From: Pristiophorus japonicus
Taxonomy: Eukaryota
DNA length: 64,000 nucleotides
Reading direction: 5' to 3'
Assembly (NCBI RefSeq): GCF_044704955.1
Contig: NC_091981.1
Coordinates: 78,430,001 to 78,494,000, forward strand
Positions within the stretch are counted from its first letter, which is position 1. The number at the start of each line of letters is the position of its first letter. The position numbers and the translations under genes were made by a program. Positions 48,300 through 62,649 of the stretch are shown in pieces. The notes beneath the pieces were generated by a model. The model did no database searches and was not told the origin of the DNA. It worked only from the letters and a program-made list of their open reading frames with translations.

Positions 48300-49125
48300 A
48301 CTTGTCAGTATCCTACCATTAATTGTGTATTCCTTTGCCTTGTTTGCCCTCCCAAATGCATTACCTCACACTTCTCCGGATTGAATTTCATTTGCCACTT
48401 TTCTGCCCACCTGCCTACCTATCAATATCTTCTTGCATTTAGCCAATTGTTGTATCATCTGCAAACTTCATAATCATGACCCCACATTGAAATCTAAATC
48501 ATTGATATACACTACAAAAAGCAAGGGACCCAGTGCTGAGCTGTGCGAAACACCACTGGAAACAGCCTTCCTATTGCAAAAACACCTGTCGACCATTACC
48601 CTTTGTTTCCTGCCACTGAGCCAATTTTGGATACAACTTACCACTTTCCCTTGTATCCCTTAGGCTTTTACTTTCAGTCTGCCATGTGGGACCTCGTCAA
48701 AAGTCTTGCTAAAAGTCATGTAGACTACATCAAATGTGCTACCCTCATCGACCCTCCTTGTTACCTCCTCAAAAAATTCAATCAAGTTAGTCAGACACGA
48801 CCTTCCCTTAACAAATCAATGCTGTCTGTCCCTGATTAACCCATACCTTTCTAAAGGAGGATTAATACCGTCCCTCAGAATTTTTTCCAATAATTTGCCC
48901 ACCACTGAGGTTATCCCTTTCTCCCTTTTTAAACAACGGTACAACATTAGCAATCCTCCAGTACCACACCTGCAGCCAGAAAGGATTGGAAAATGATGAC
49001 CTAAGCCTCTGCCATGTCCTCCCTTGCTTCTCTCAACAGCCTGGGATACATTTCATCCAGGCCTTGCGGGTTATCTATTTTCAAAAATGATAAACCCCAT
49101 AAATATTTCCTCTCACTATGTTACT
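48300..49125 (-). mobile_element. CR1 RT fragment (subfamily of 40207-41405)
   Basis: Reverse-complement similarity to 40400-41200. Confidence 0.82.
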
Positions 49126-50954
49126 CTCAAAGGAAACAGTAATGGCACTGAGGAAGAACAGACATAACCCACCAGATACAGCTAATGTAGTATGGGTTTA
49201 TACCACAACAGAAAACTGAAAATACATTGCAGGTTAGTCAGCAACTAGAGAGAGAAAATTGCAGGTTAGTCTTGCAAATCAGTGTCCTTCTTCAGAACTG
49301 AAAGGTGACAATTCTAAAAGATATTGCCCGAAATGATGATCCGCCTTTTCTCTTTCTAGCTGCTGTACTAGAAATTGGATAAGACCTGAAAACAGATGCA
49401 AAGATCACAAATCTCTATCACCCCGTGCCCGTTTGGAGGACTGCAGGCAGCACACAAACCTTATGCTGCCTGCTAATTTCCACGATTGCAGCATTCAGCC
49501 CAGCATTGAACGTGCTGCTGAGTGGCTGAATGCTCAGCAGGGGGCCCAAGTTCATGTGAGGCTTGCTCCAATTAAAGCTAGCTTCACTTCTTGGACAGTC
49601 TGCACCTCTTAAAGGGAGGGTGCTTTCTGATGCAGCAAGGTTCAGAAAGTCGACTAATGAATAATGGCACAGCAGGCCAGTGAAAGGGGTCCAAGGGTTC
49701 TCGAATGGAACATTGGAGAACTTGGTCCAGGAGGTCAACTCCAGGGATATGTCCTCTTTCCACATGGGGCCAGGAGCCCCTCCAGGCATCAGACGAGTGG
49801 GAGCAGATAGCCAATGTGGTCAAAGTCAACAGTTTAATACTGAGGACCTGAACTCAGTGCAGGAAGAAGTTTAATGACCTCACATGAGTGGTCAAGGTCA
49901 GTGAATTCATTGTCAAATGCCATATCCTATCATCTGCACCACTAGCCTCACACACTGCTCAATGCACCACACCCCATCACTCAGTTACCAACAATCTCTC
50001 GCAAACACGACTCACACCTCACATAGCTTCACCTCACCCACACACACTGCTGCAAACTTCATACCCATATCCCACAGTCTGCACACACAGCCAGCGATTC
50101 AACCATGACAGCTGCAACAACCAAACACATTAAACCACACTCACTGACACACTTTCCGTTCTCCTGTAGGAAAAGCTGGCGCATAACTGGTGCCAACAGA
50201 TTTTAACCAGCAGGGGACAGGCTCGCCTGAATCACCTCAACCCCTTGAAGAAGATGGTGGTGGCCATTTTTGACAGGCGCACAGCTGAGCTGGTGGCCAG
50301 CCGGGGTGCTGAAAGAATAAAAGATGCCAGTATACATTAGCCTCCTTTTCACAACTGACTTCCCCCTCATCCCACAATCTCATCTGATTTACAAGCTGCA
50401 CATGCTGTAAGCATGCACATCTTGCTTTACCCCCTCCCTTCCCCTCCCCTCACCACAACTTGATACTTTTGCTTTTCTCATTTTAGACATCCAAGAAAAC
50501 CAGCTTGCCCAGTCAGTGGATCAACATGAAGAGGATGAGTGTGAAGAAGAAACACCATCACTCAATTTCATGCTCCCAACCAGCAGCTCAGATACTGCCA
50601 CTCAACGTACTTTAGAGGATAAGTTAGAGGCAGGATCTGCACGTGGTTAGATGCCGGGCATGAGTGGCCTGCAGCCAGGGTAGGGGGAAAAGGGTAGTTC
50701 CGCGGAGGGCGAGGTCACACATGAGCTCTGCTGCACAGTACTCAGATGAAGACTTCGATGAGGCAACCTACAGAAGAATGCTGATGGGTATACACAATGA
50801 AATACTTGCCAGAAGGCCTGAATGCAATTTCAAGGAGCATGGAGGAGTCCAGCTTCAGCCTTGTACAGGGCTTTGGGCAGAGCTTGGAGTCCATCCTTTT
50901 CAGTGAGAAAGGGGTGGGCAGATCCATTAATGCACTTGTGGATCCAACAATCGA

Positions 50955-53475
50955 GTGATTCTTAAAGGGTTAACGGTGGATAGGCAATGGCAAACATTTA
51001 AAGATCACATGGATGAACTTCAACAATTGTACATCCCTGTCTGGAGTAAAAACAAAACAGGGAAGATGGCTCAACTGTGGCCAAAGGAAATTAAGGATAG
51101 TGTTACATCCAAGGAAGAGGCATACAAATTGGCCAGAAAAAGCAGCAAACCTGAGGACTGGGAGAATTTTGTAATACAGCAGGGGAGGACAAAGTGTTTA
51201 ATTAGGAGGGGGAAAATAAGAATATGAGAGGAAGCTTGCTGGTAACATAAAAACTGACTGCAAAAGCTTCTATAGATATGTGAAAAGAAAAAGATTAGTG
51301 AAAACAAACGTAGGTCCCTTGCAGTCAGATTCAGGTGAATTTATAAATAGGGAACAAAGAAATGGCGGATCAATTAAACAAATACTTTGGTTCTGTTTTC
51401 ACGAAGGAAGACACAAATAACCTTCCGGAAATACTAGGGGACTGAGGGTCTAGTGAGAAGGAGGAACAGAAGGATATCCTTATAAAGTGGGAAATTGTGT
51501 TAGGGAAATTGATGGGATTGAAGGCCGATAAATCCCCGGGGCCTGATAGTCTGCATCCCAGAGTACTTAAGGAAGTGGCCCTAGAAATAGTGGAAGCATT
51601 GGTGATCATTTTCCAACAGTCTATCGACTCTGGATCAGTTCCTTTGGACTGGAGGGTAGCTAATGTAACACCACTGTTTAAAAAAGGAGGGAGAGAGAAA
51701 ACAGGAAATTATAGACGGTTAGCCTGACATCAGGGGTGGGGAAAATGTTGGAATCAATTATTAAAGATGAAATAGCAGCGCATTTAGAAAGCAACGACAG
51801 GATCGGTCCAAGTCAGCATGGATTTATGAAAGGGAAATCATGCTTGACAAATCTTCTGGAATTTTTTGAGGATGTAACTAGTAGAGTGGACAAGGGAGAA
51901 CCAGTGGATGTGATGTATTTGGACTTTCAAAAGGCTTTTGACAAGGTCCCACACAAGAGATTGGTGTGCAAAATCAAAACATATGGTATTGGGGGTAATG
52001 TACTGACGTGGATAGAGAACTGGTTAGCAGACAGAAAACAGAGAATCGGGATAAACGGGTCCTTTTCAGAATGGCAGGCAGTGACTAGTGGAGTGCCGCA
52101 GGACTCAGTGCTGGGACCCCAGCTCTTTACAATATACATTAATGATTTAGATGAAGGAATTGAGTGTAATATCTCCAAGTTTGCAGATGACACTAAACTG
52201 GATGGCGGTGTGAGCTGTGAGGACACTAAAAGGCTGCAGGGTGATTTGGACAGGTTAGGTAAGTGGGCAAATGCATGGCAGATGAAGTATAATGTGGATA
52301 AATGTGAGGTTATCCACTTTGGGGGCAAAAACACGAAGGCAGAATATTATCTGAATGGCGGCAGATTAGGAAAGGGGGAAGTGCAACGAGACCTGGGTGT
52401 CACGGTTCATCAGTCATTGAAAGTTGGCATGCAGGTACAGCAGGCGGTGAAGAAGGCAAAGGGTATGTTGGCCTTCATAGCTAGGGGATTTGAGTATAGG
52501 AGCAGGGAGGTCTTACTGCAGTTGTACAGGGCCTTGGTAAGGCCTCACCTGGAATATTGTGTTCAGTTTTGGTCTCCTAATCTGAGGAAGGACGTGCTTG
52601 CTATTGAGGGAGTGCAGGGAAGATTCATCAGACTGATTCCCAGGATGGCGGGACTGACATAGGAGAAGAGACTGGATCAAGTAGGCCTTTATACACTGGA
52701 GTTTAGAAGGATGAGAGGGGATCTCATAGAAATGTATAAGATTCTGATGGGACTGGACGGGTTAGAACATTAGGAACAGGAGTAGGCCATCTAGCCCCTC
52801 GAGCCTGCTCCGCCACTCAACAAGATCATGGCTGATCTGGCCGTGGACTCAGCTCCACTTACCCGCCCGCTCCCCATAACCCTTAATTCCCTTATTGGTT
52901 AAAAATCTATCTGTCTGTGATTTGAATACATTCAATGAGCCAGCCTCAACTGCTTCCCTGGGCAGAGAATTCCACAGATTCACAACCATCTGGGAGAAGA
53001 AATTCCTTCTCAACTCAGTTTTAAATTGGCTCCCCCATATTTTGAGGCTGTGCCCCCTAGTTCTAGTCTCCCCGACCAGTGAAAACAACCTCTCTGCCTC
53101 TATCTTGTCTATCCCTTTCATTATTTTAAATGTTTCTATAAGATAGTTGCGGGAAGGAGGTTCCCGATGTTGGGGAAGTCCAGAACCAGGGGACACAGTC
53201 TTAGGATAAGGGGTAGGCCATTTAGGACTGAGATGAGGAGAAACTTCTTCACTCAGAGTTGTTAACCTGCGGAATTCCCTACCGCAGAGTTTTGTTGATG
53301 CCAGTTCATTGGATATATTCAAGAGAGTTAGATATGGCCCTTACGGCTAAAGGGATCAAGGGGTATGGAGAGAAAGCAGGAAAGGGGTACTGAGGGAATG
53401 ATCAGCCATGATCTTATTGAAGGCACGAGGGCCGAATGGCCTACTCCTGCACCTATTTTCTGTTTCTATGTCTTT
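50955..53475 (+). mobile_element. CR1 LINE, 5'-truncated, RT domain largely open (51736-52662)
   Basis: 308-aa RT ORF with FADD; ttctatg tail near 53465. Confidence 0.93.
52765..53143 (-). mobile_element. CR1 3' end nested in the CR1 at 50955-53475
   Basis: Nearly identical to 36445-36820. Confidence 0.9.
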
Positions 53476-54664
53476 CTACCAGTGCCCTTACCTCTTGGTC
53501 ACCCAACCCAAACTGTTATCACCCATGCCGAGGTGGTGCAGCCTGACACTGGGCCGCCAATGCCTAGAGCTCCTTGAGGTCATCCTGCAAGACTTCAGTC
53601 ACCAGCCACTGAGGTACCACTGAAAAGGAGCACTAGGCTAGGCAAAGGCACACGCAAGACAGTCAGTAAGCAAATGCACAAAGGTGATGAGTTGATTTTT
53701 TTTTTTGGTGTAATATAGAATGAATAGATATATAAAGTTGCAATGGAATGTTTCCTTTGTAGTATCTTTTATTTCAGCAATGTGCCCAAGAATATGCTTT
53801 GATGGTCAGTAACAGAGTGAAAATAGGACTAATGTAGAATAGGGAATTGGAGCTGTGTTCACTCTTACCACAGATGGATGATTCAATTCCGGATATCCCA
53901 GCCAGAAAGCTGAAGTCTAGGTTGCCTGCTTCCTTCCGCTTTTGCCTCCTCCTACTCCGTCTCTTGAGCTAGTGGCCATTTCCCTAGTCGCAAGGGTTAT
54001 GCCCTCTTGGCGGCCAGGTTGTGAAGGATCACTACGAATTCGGACACATGTTCCGGTGAGTACTGTCGGGCTCCTCCACTGCTTTCCAGGCAGCTGAACC
54101 ATTGCTTCAGCACCCCAATGGCCTGTTCTATGGTGTTTCGTGTGGTAGCATGGATCTCGTTGTACGCATGCTGGCTACATGTGGTTGGTGTGCAGAGTGG
54201 AGTCGCAAACTAGATGGTCAAGGGATAACCCTTATTGCCCAGTAGCCACCCTCTGGTTTGTCTTGTTGGCTCAAGAATGAGGGAGCAGCGTACTGCCGTA
54301 GAATTAAAGCATCATATCTGATGCCAGGATACCCGGGCATTCATCATCATGATGTGCTGAGCATGGACACACCAACTGTATTCAGTGAGTAGCAATCTTT
54401 GCGGTTGCGGTACATCTCATTATTTATATATGGTGCCCGCAAAATCATGAGCGTGAAGTCAATGGCACCCTGTACTATGGGGAAGTCTGCTATCCTGGTA
54501 AAGTCAGGTGCACATTTCATCATCTTCCCTTTGGTTAGAGAGAAGACAAAGAAGTTCCCTCTCCTGGCATAGGGAGCGTTTGTCACCTCTCTTATGCAGC
54601 AGCGGATGGCAAACTGTAGATGACACAGACATCGCCTGCTCCAGCCTGGAAGGATCCCAATGTA

Positions 54665-57600
54665 AAGAAATTCAGTGTCACGGTCACCTTCAGATCAGAG
54701 AGCTAAACTCATGGCTCAAAGACTGGTGTGAGAGAAATCGGTTTTGGTTCCTAGGGCACTGGCACCAGTACTGGGCTAAGAGGGAGCTGTTCTGTTGGGA
54801 CAGACTCCACTTGGAACGTGCTGGGGCTAGGGTCCTGGCGAACCGAATAACTAGGGCTGCAGAGAGAGCTTTAATCTAATTAGTGGGGGGTAGGGTTCAG
54901 GCGAGCAGAAACCTAAAAGCTCAAAGAACAAGATGAAGGCAATAGAGCAGGGTAGCATTGGGGGAAATTAAAACCAGAGCGTGACAGGAAGGGACAGAAT
55001 CTATAAACATCAGAAACTGGGGCCATAAGCAGGAGAAATTGGTAAGAAAACACATTTAAAAGCTCTTTATCTGAATGCACGCAGCATTTGCAACAAATTA
55101 GATGAGCTGTCGGCACAAATAGTTACAAATGGGTATGATCTGGTAGCCATAACACAGACATGGTTGCAAGGTGACCAATACTGGGAACTAAACATTCAGG
55201 GGTACTTGACAATTCGGAAGGACAGACAGAAAGGAAAAGGAGGTGGGGTAGCTCGGTTGATAAAGGATGGAATCACTGCAATAGTGAGAAATGATATTGG
55301 CTCAAATGATCAGGATGTTGAAACAGTTTGGGTGGAGAACAGGAGTAATAAGGGGAAAAATCACCGAAGGGCATAGTCTATAGGCCCCCTAACAGTAGCA
55401 ACTCAAGAAATAGTGGGGGTTTGTAAAAAGGGAACAGCAATAATCATGGGTGATTTTAACCTCCATATTGATTAGACAAATCAAATTAGTCAGGGTAGCC
55501 TTGAGGAAGAGTTCATGGAGTGTATAAGGGATGGGTTCCTTGAGCAGTATGTAATGGAACCAACGAGGGGGCAGGCTATTTTAGATCTAACCTGTTTAAT
55601 GATACAGAATAAATAAACAATCTCCTAGCAAAGGATCCCCTTGGAATGAGTGATCATAGCATGGTTGAATTTCAAATTCAGATGGAGGGTGAGAAAGTTG
55701 GATCTCAAACCAGCATACTAAGCTTAAATAAAGGAGACGACAAAGGTATGAAGGCAGAGTTGGCTAAAGTGTACTGGGAAAATAGATTAAAGTGTGGGAC
55801 CAGTTGATGAACAGTGGTGTATATTTAAGGAGATATTTCATAACTCTCAAGAAAAATATATTCCAGTGAGGAGGAAAGGGTGTAAAGGAAAAGATAGCCA
55901 TCCGTGGCTAACTAACTAAAGAAATAAAGGATGGTATCCAATGAAAAACAAGGGCATACAAAGTGGCCAAAACTAGTGAGAGGACAGAAGATTGGAAAGC
56001 TTTTAAAAGCCAGCAAAGAATGACTAAAAAACTGATTAAGAAAGGGAAGATAGACTATGAAAGTAAACTAGCACGAAATATAAAAACAGATAGCAAGAGT
56101 TTCTATAGGTATATAAAAAGGAAAAGAGTGGCTAAAGTAAATGTTGGTCCCTTGGAGGACAAGACTGGGGAATTAGTAATTGGGAACATGGAGATGGCAG
56201 AAACTCTGAACAAATATTTTGTATCAGTCTTTACGGTAGAGGACACTAAAAATATCCCAACAGTGGATAGTCATGGGGCTATAGGGGGGGAGGAACTTAA
56301 CACAATCACAATCTCTAAGGAGGTGGTACTCAGTAAGATAATGGGACGAAAGGCGGATAAATCCCCTGGACTTGATGACTTGCATCCTAGGATCTTAAGA
56401 GAAGTAGCGACAGGGATAGTGGATGCATTGGTTGCAATTTACCAAAATTCACTGGATTCTGGAGAGGTCCCAGCAGATTGGAAAATTGCAAATGTAACGC
56501 GCCTATTTAAAAAAGGAGGCAGACAAGTAGACCAGTTAGCTTAACATCTGTGGTTGGGAAAATGTTGGAGTCCATTTTAAAAAAGCAGTAGCAGGACATT
56601 TGGAAAAGCATAATTCAGTCAGGCAGAGCCAGCATAGATTTATGAAGGGAATGTCATGTTTGACAAATTTTCTGGAATGCTTTGAGGATGTAATGAACAG
56701 GGTGGAAGTGGAACCAGTGGATGTGGTGTATTTGGACTTCCAGAAGGCATTTAACAAGGTGCCACATAAAAGGTTACTGCACAAGTTAAAAGTTCACGGG
56801 GTTGGGGGTAATATATTAGTATGGATAGAGGATTGGCTAACTAACAGAGAACAGAGAGTCGGGATAAATGGTTCATTCTTGGGTTGGCAATCAGTAACTA
56901 GTGGGGTGCGACAGGGATTAGTGCTGGGACCCCAACTATTTACAATCTATATTAACGACTTGGAAGAAGGGACCGAGTGTAACGTAGCCAAGTTTGCTGA
57001 TGATACAAAGATGGGAGGAAAAGCAGTGTGTGAGGAGGACACAAAAAATCTGCAAAAGGACAGACAGGCTAAATGAGTGGGCAAAAATTTGGCAGATGGA
57101 GTATAATGTTGGAAAGTGTGAGGTTATCTACTTTGGCAGAAAAAAAAAATCAAAGAACAAGTTATTATTTAAATGGAGAAAAATTGCAAAGTGCTGCAGT
57201 ACAATGGGACCTGGGAGTCCTGGTGCATGAAATACAAAAGGTTAGTATGCAGGTACAGCAAGTGATCAGGAAGGCCAATGGAATCTTGGCCTTTATTGCA
57301 AAGGGGATGGAGTATAAAAGCAGGGAAGTCTTTCTACAGTTATACAGGGTATTGGTGAGGCCACACCTGGAATACTGCGTACAGACTTGGTTACCAAATT
57401 TAAGAAAAAATATACTTTGGAGGCAGTTCAGAGAAGGTTCACTAGGTTGATTCTGGAGATGAGGAGGTTGACTTATGAGGAAATGTTGAGTAGGTTGGGC
57501 CTCTACTCATTGGAATTCAGAAGAATGAGAGGTGATCTTATCGAAATGTATAAGATTATGAGGGGGCTCGACGGGGTGGATGCAGAGAGGATGTTTCCAC

Positions 57601-57930
57601 TGATAGGGGAGACTAGAACTAGAGGGCATAATCTTAGAATAAGGGACTGCCCATTTAAAACTGAGATGAGGAGAAATTTCTTCTCTCGGAGGGTTGTAAA
57701 TCTGTAGAATTCGCTGCATCAGAGAGCTGTGAAAGCTGGGACATAGAATAAACTTAAGACAGAGATAGACAGTTTCTTAACCAATAAGGGAATAAGGGGT
57801 TATGGGGAGCGGGCAGGGAAGTGGACCTGAGTCCATGATCAGATCAGCCATGATGGTATTAAATGGCGGAGCAGGCTCGAGGGGCCGTATGGCCGACTCC
57901 TGCTCCTATTTCTTATGTTCTTTTCTTATG
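54665..57930 (+). mobile_element. CR1 LINE: ORF1 esterase C-terminus, disrupted ORF2 and 3' UTR
   Basis: LNSWLKDWC..DRLHL; endonuclease and RT motifs; ttcttatg tail. Confidence 0.93.
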
Positions 57931-59340
57931 TTCTTCACAATCACAGTGCAGATGCCTCAGACAATGCTCTTGGCTCAGGTTGAGGTAAGATAATTGCTCT
58001 CGGAAGACCCCAGGTGGGTAAAGCCTCCTGCTGAGAATTCTTCTCCCCCTCCGCTGCCTCTGCTCTATCGCCCTGCCGTACTGCAGGCCAAGGGGGATGA
58101 CAACTTGAGCTCCCATGACTGGGAGCAAGTAGTCTGACCAGAACCATTGAAGTCAGAAGCAAGGCCTTCTCCACTTGCAGCAACACTCCCGGGTACCTCA
58201 CCAAATTTAAACAACTTTAGAAAGCTGCCAACACATCTACAAACTTACACAGAGCCAGTAAAGATCAAAAAGCAAGTTACCCGAGTGTGGTTGATGATCC
58301 CTTTAAATAGCGCTAGTGGGGGGGTCCTTCCAGGTTAACACAGGGCGTTAATTTGAGTGATGACGACGAAAATGGCAGCGTGGCATCAAATCAGCATTGC
58401 ACTCTGACTGACGTCACGATCTGCCCACTTACCATACTTATAGCACACACTTCTAATGACCGTCCTACCACCCTCACCAAAGTGCCGCACCAGAAGTGTG
58501 CGGGCTGCTCGTACACCATTTTGGACCCAATTCGGCACCTGTAGTGCCAAAACAATAGGCGTTACGCAACTGAATTTCAAGGCCATTGACAGAGCTGTTC
58601 AGTTTCTAGCATTTTCAAAACTTTGGAGTAGCAGCAAGGCAGCTCACTAGCTGGTCAGGTTTACAGAGAATTCTAAGCTCTTCCCTAACCAAAGCATCAG
58701 CACCTTTGGCTCCACTTCCTTACCTGCTGGTAAACTGCTTGGCTTCTTCAAACAGCAGCAAGAAAATCTTGGGTCTGAGCAGCCAAGTCACAGGTGGTCA
58801 AAGCTTTCAAGCAGACAAAACTTCTCAGAAGCTCAATTCATCTATTTTTTAATGTCAGCTGATGCCTTACACCAGACAAAATGTTTTCCAGACTTTTTGA
58901 ACATTTATAATTATTGGCTTGTATTAAAGCTCAAAGAGCATGCAGGCAGCATCAGGAAGAGTGGGACTTAATGACAACATGCACAAGCATTAAAACCTGT
59001 TTCTCATGGGTTGGTGCCCATTTCTAAGTTCAAACTTTACTTTAGGTAATGAGGGCGTACAAAACTCAGGAAGGTTCACATTTTGATAACTACTTGTAAG
59101 TTTTTTTAAAAAGCGTCCATTCTCTGCTATTTCCATATAGTTAAATGTCCTGTTGAGTGTTTTTCTTTAGAGTTCTTGATAAATATATGAATGCACACTA
59201 ATTAGTGTAGTTTTAAATTATAACTGTTTACTTTTATATACTGTTCCCCCATAGTATTGTTCACAGGCAAAAATATGGAAAAAAGCTCTAGCTCTCTGTA
59301 CCCATCTCTGCTTGCTGCTTATTCTAATTGCTCAATCCAT

Positions 59341-60513
59341 GAGCTAGATTTTCCCCAAGCAGTTTTGTCGGCGCATTGACCTCAAGCATGGCGACTTTGC
59401 GCACTGGAAACGGTGCCGGCAAAAACTTGCTCCATTCTGGCTGCTGCGTACAGTCCCCAGAGTCGTGGCATGGCATGGAGGCTGAAGGTGGGGGGGGGGG
59501 GGGGGGGCGGAGCAACAGGTCAGCGCACAAAGCACTGCCGGCACCTGCACGCATGCTCAGTGAGAGCTGCGCGCATGCTCCTGCCCTCCCAGCACACCCT
59601 AAGGACTGTGAGCAGGACCCGATGCTCGCAGCCCCCATCCCAGGCCGATCTTGTCACACCCTATCCCTGGCCGAGTGGACTCCCACACCAGCCAGTGGCC
59701 CGCTGAGTTCCCAGGCAGGTAAGGACTTTGCTTTTATTTTTTATTCAGTGGCTGTGCTTTAAACTTTTGATTGGGGCGCGGGAGGAGGAGGAGAGTTTTT
59801 TTTTTGGGTGGGGGGAGGGAGGAGGAAGAAATTTTGGGGGGCGGGAGGAGGAGGAGAGTTTTGGGGGGGGCGGGGATGGAGAGTTTTTTTTGGGGGGGTG
59901 GAGGAGGAGAGTTTTGGGTGGGGGGGGGGGAAGAGATGAGACTTCCAGACCCACGAGCTGTGATTCCTCCGGTCGCTCGATGCCCCACCCTCCGAGACGC
60001 CCCGGCCCATCAGCTGTGACTTCCTTGGTGCATGTCTTTCCACCCCTATCCCAGGCCAAATGACCTCACGTGCAGGTCAGCCCGCTGACTTTCCTGGGGC
60101 AGACTTTAAAGATAAGGTAGGATTTACTTTTTTTATTGTATTTTTTTGGTTTGAGCTTTTCCTTAACGTTTGCTGCTTGGTTGTTGAGATCCTCTCCCGT
60201 TCCCTGCCCTAATGTCTGCTGAATGTGCGCTGCTTTTTCTTAACTGCCCGCGAGGTTTTTCAGAGCTGGCCACATACGCTGACCTAAGTGGATGCGGAGT
60301 ATGTTTTTGCTGGCCAAAGTGGCATAAATGGCCAAAACTGGCCTAAGTGCCTGGGGACACACCCTTTTGAAAAAAAAACTGACCTAAAAAAAAAATCGTA
60401 CCTAACTGACTTACTCTGGAGCAAATTTTGGGGGGGAAATGGCATTTTCTAACTTACACCAGAAAAAACTTACTCCAAAAAAATTGATGCAAGTCATGGC
60501 CAATGTTGGGTCC
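59341..60513 (-). mobile_element. Divergent relative of Harbinger 'family A', opposite orientation
   Basis: Minus-strand start ggacccaacattggcc..tttttggagtaag..tttgctccag..gtcagttag resembles the family A left arm; other end gagctagattttcc. Confidence 0.7.
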
Positions 60514-60633
60514 AAAGTTTTTAATTGGCTTCCACACTTTCTCTGACACACATGATATGCAGTCATGGTCATCAGTTTAGTACAAATCAAATTAAATCAG
60601 ATCTGTGGACTCAAATGGACAACTAAGGATAAA

Positions 60634-61333
60634 GGGTGCAAAACGGAGATCGGTAGCGCCTGTTTTTTTTTTTGACACTATGGGTGCAGTTTGGGGACCG
60701 AAATGGCGTCTGATGCACGCAAGCACACTTTTGCTGCGAATCGCCCGGACGCCATCTTGGTAAATGACAAGAGGCATCCTTTACCCACATCTTAAACAGG
60801 CGGTAACCATTGCAAATAAGGGGCTTAACGTTTGGGCTCTGCTGCAACTTTGGTTTGCCCGAGGCTGCCAGTGCCAGTGCTGATCGCCTCTGTAAAAACT
60901 AACGCTAAAAGAAAGGTCCCAGCTGCTCCCAGTCCAGAAATCTCTGACCTCACTCCCGACTACGACCTCCAGGTTTCCCCCACCTGTGACCCAGGCCTGA
61001 CTTCCTAGCTGTCTCCGCCCCCCCCCCCCCCCACAGCATTCTCAAACCCCCAACAGTACGCCTGCGATCTTCCGAACCGACCTCCCCACCGAATCCCAGT
61101 TACAGACTCAGAGGCCCATCCCCATCCCTCCTCCCGACCCTGTGATCCAACCCAATTACTTACCTGGAATTTGCAGTACGAACCTGTGCGGGCTCCTACT
61201 GCAGCGCCATTTACATTATGATGAGGTCAGAGGCCCAAAATACGGGGCTCCTCGGACATCTCCATTAGAGTGCAGGTGATTATCACTGTGAATGTAAGGC
61301 GCTTAAAAATAGGTGCGCCTGGATTCCCAGGCC
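60634..61333. mobile_element. Probable decayed Harbinger-type MITE
   Basis: GC-rich island ending ggattcccaggcc; left TIR not clear. Confidence 0.45.
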
Positions 61334-62649
61334 AAAATCTTTTTATTCAGTATATAGATAGAAAACAGATGAATTATTCCATAATCTTAACAAGTTGCAT
61401 AAACACTCAATGAACGCAAGCTTAAAAATTACACTGCAAGTTCCTTACATAAACTAATCAACAGAGGCATAAACCTGGTCATAACATAGAAAGTACAAAC
61501 AATTGTAATAGTATTTAAGTGATAACCTAGTATTCACTCATCACCTACTTTGGATGAGGCAGGGGAATGGAACTTAAATTGAAGTACTTGGACAGTGAGG
61601 AGAAATCAGGGAAACGAGAGTTCTCAGGGTTGGGATGGGAAGTAGAAAACAGTGAAGACTGAGCACTCGCGAGGGCCTCGGTGGGGTTAAGGAGCACAGC
61701 AGACCTGTGAGGATGGAGGGAAAAGGGATCTGGGAATTAGCAGAGACTGAGAACAGTGGGGAAAATGCTAGGGGAGAGATGAATCGTGGAATATTCATGA
61801 CAATTGAAAACTGATTGAAAATGTTTTGCAATCATCTAATTGCTTGATGATTTCGTGACGTTAGCTTGACGCAATATTGGGATCCGATTGAACCATGGTG
61901 TCATATAAGTAGCATGGAACAACCAACCATAAAAGCTCACCATAATCATACAATATTACAGATATTTATAACTTTTAGCACGAATATTTATGATTCTATT
62001 AATTAAAAATTTGGGCTAATTGCATGTCATTCAACAGTTTGTTAATGACCACTTCATTTATTTCTTGACGGTTTGTTTTGCAAGAGGTCCCATGGGATCT
62101 TGCATTATGTAACAATGACATAACAAACAAGGCCAATGGACAAAACACTCATTTGGTTTGTAATTAATTATGTCAATACACTGCTCACACCCATTAAGAT
62201 TAGACCAACAACAGTCTTGCTGCACTGAACGCAGCAGCACAATTTGGCAAAGGGCTGTTTTCCCTTTAGATATCGAATATACTGCAATTATAAGTAGTCT
62301 TGTACTACGCGATATAGAAAATATTTCACCATAATCAGCTCAAAAATATACAAATTGTTGGCTTCAATTCAGCGCTACCTTCAGAGTATTTTAAGCACCG
62401 AGAGAAATATGACATCCTAGCTCAGCCTCAACATGTCTCTATCACTGCACTGAAACACAAGTGCTCTGTAAGCAGAGCATGGTGAGTATAAATAAAGCAT
62501 CACATGTCTGCAGCAGGAGACCAATCCTTTTGTGATTTTTCAGTTTGAGCAGTTACTTTGCACACAAGTGCTAAAGGATTTTGCATGGTGAAACTTCCAA
62601 ATATAGACAACAAACACACGTGCTTAATATGGAATGTTTAACATTAACA

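Larger units (their letters stand above)
49365..58584. mobile_element. Decayed Harbinger transposon H3 (same family as H1), enlarged by three CR1 insertions
   Basis: Ends gtactagaaattgg / gaatttcaaggcc; Myb gene on + (ATG 49664, introns 49897-50169 and 50330-50486, resumes approx. 53475); transposase on - (approx. 53860-54665 and 57930-58115: FPIVQGAID, YRNRK, GWLLGNKGYPL, IEQAIGVLKQWF). Confidence 0.85.

Noticed and set aside
61570-61835. Purine-rich stretch, possibly an old LINE fragment or an exon
   Set aside because: No diagnostic motif or splice-site pair that I could support
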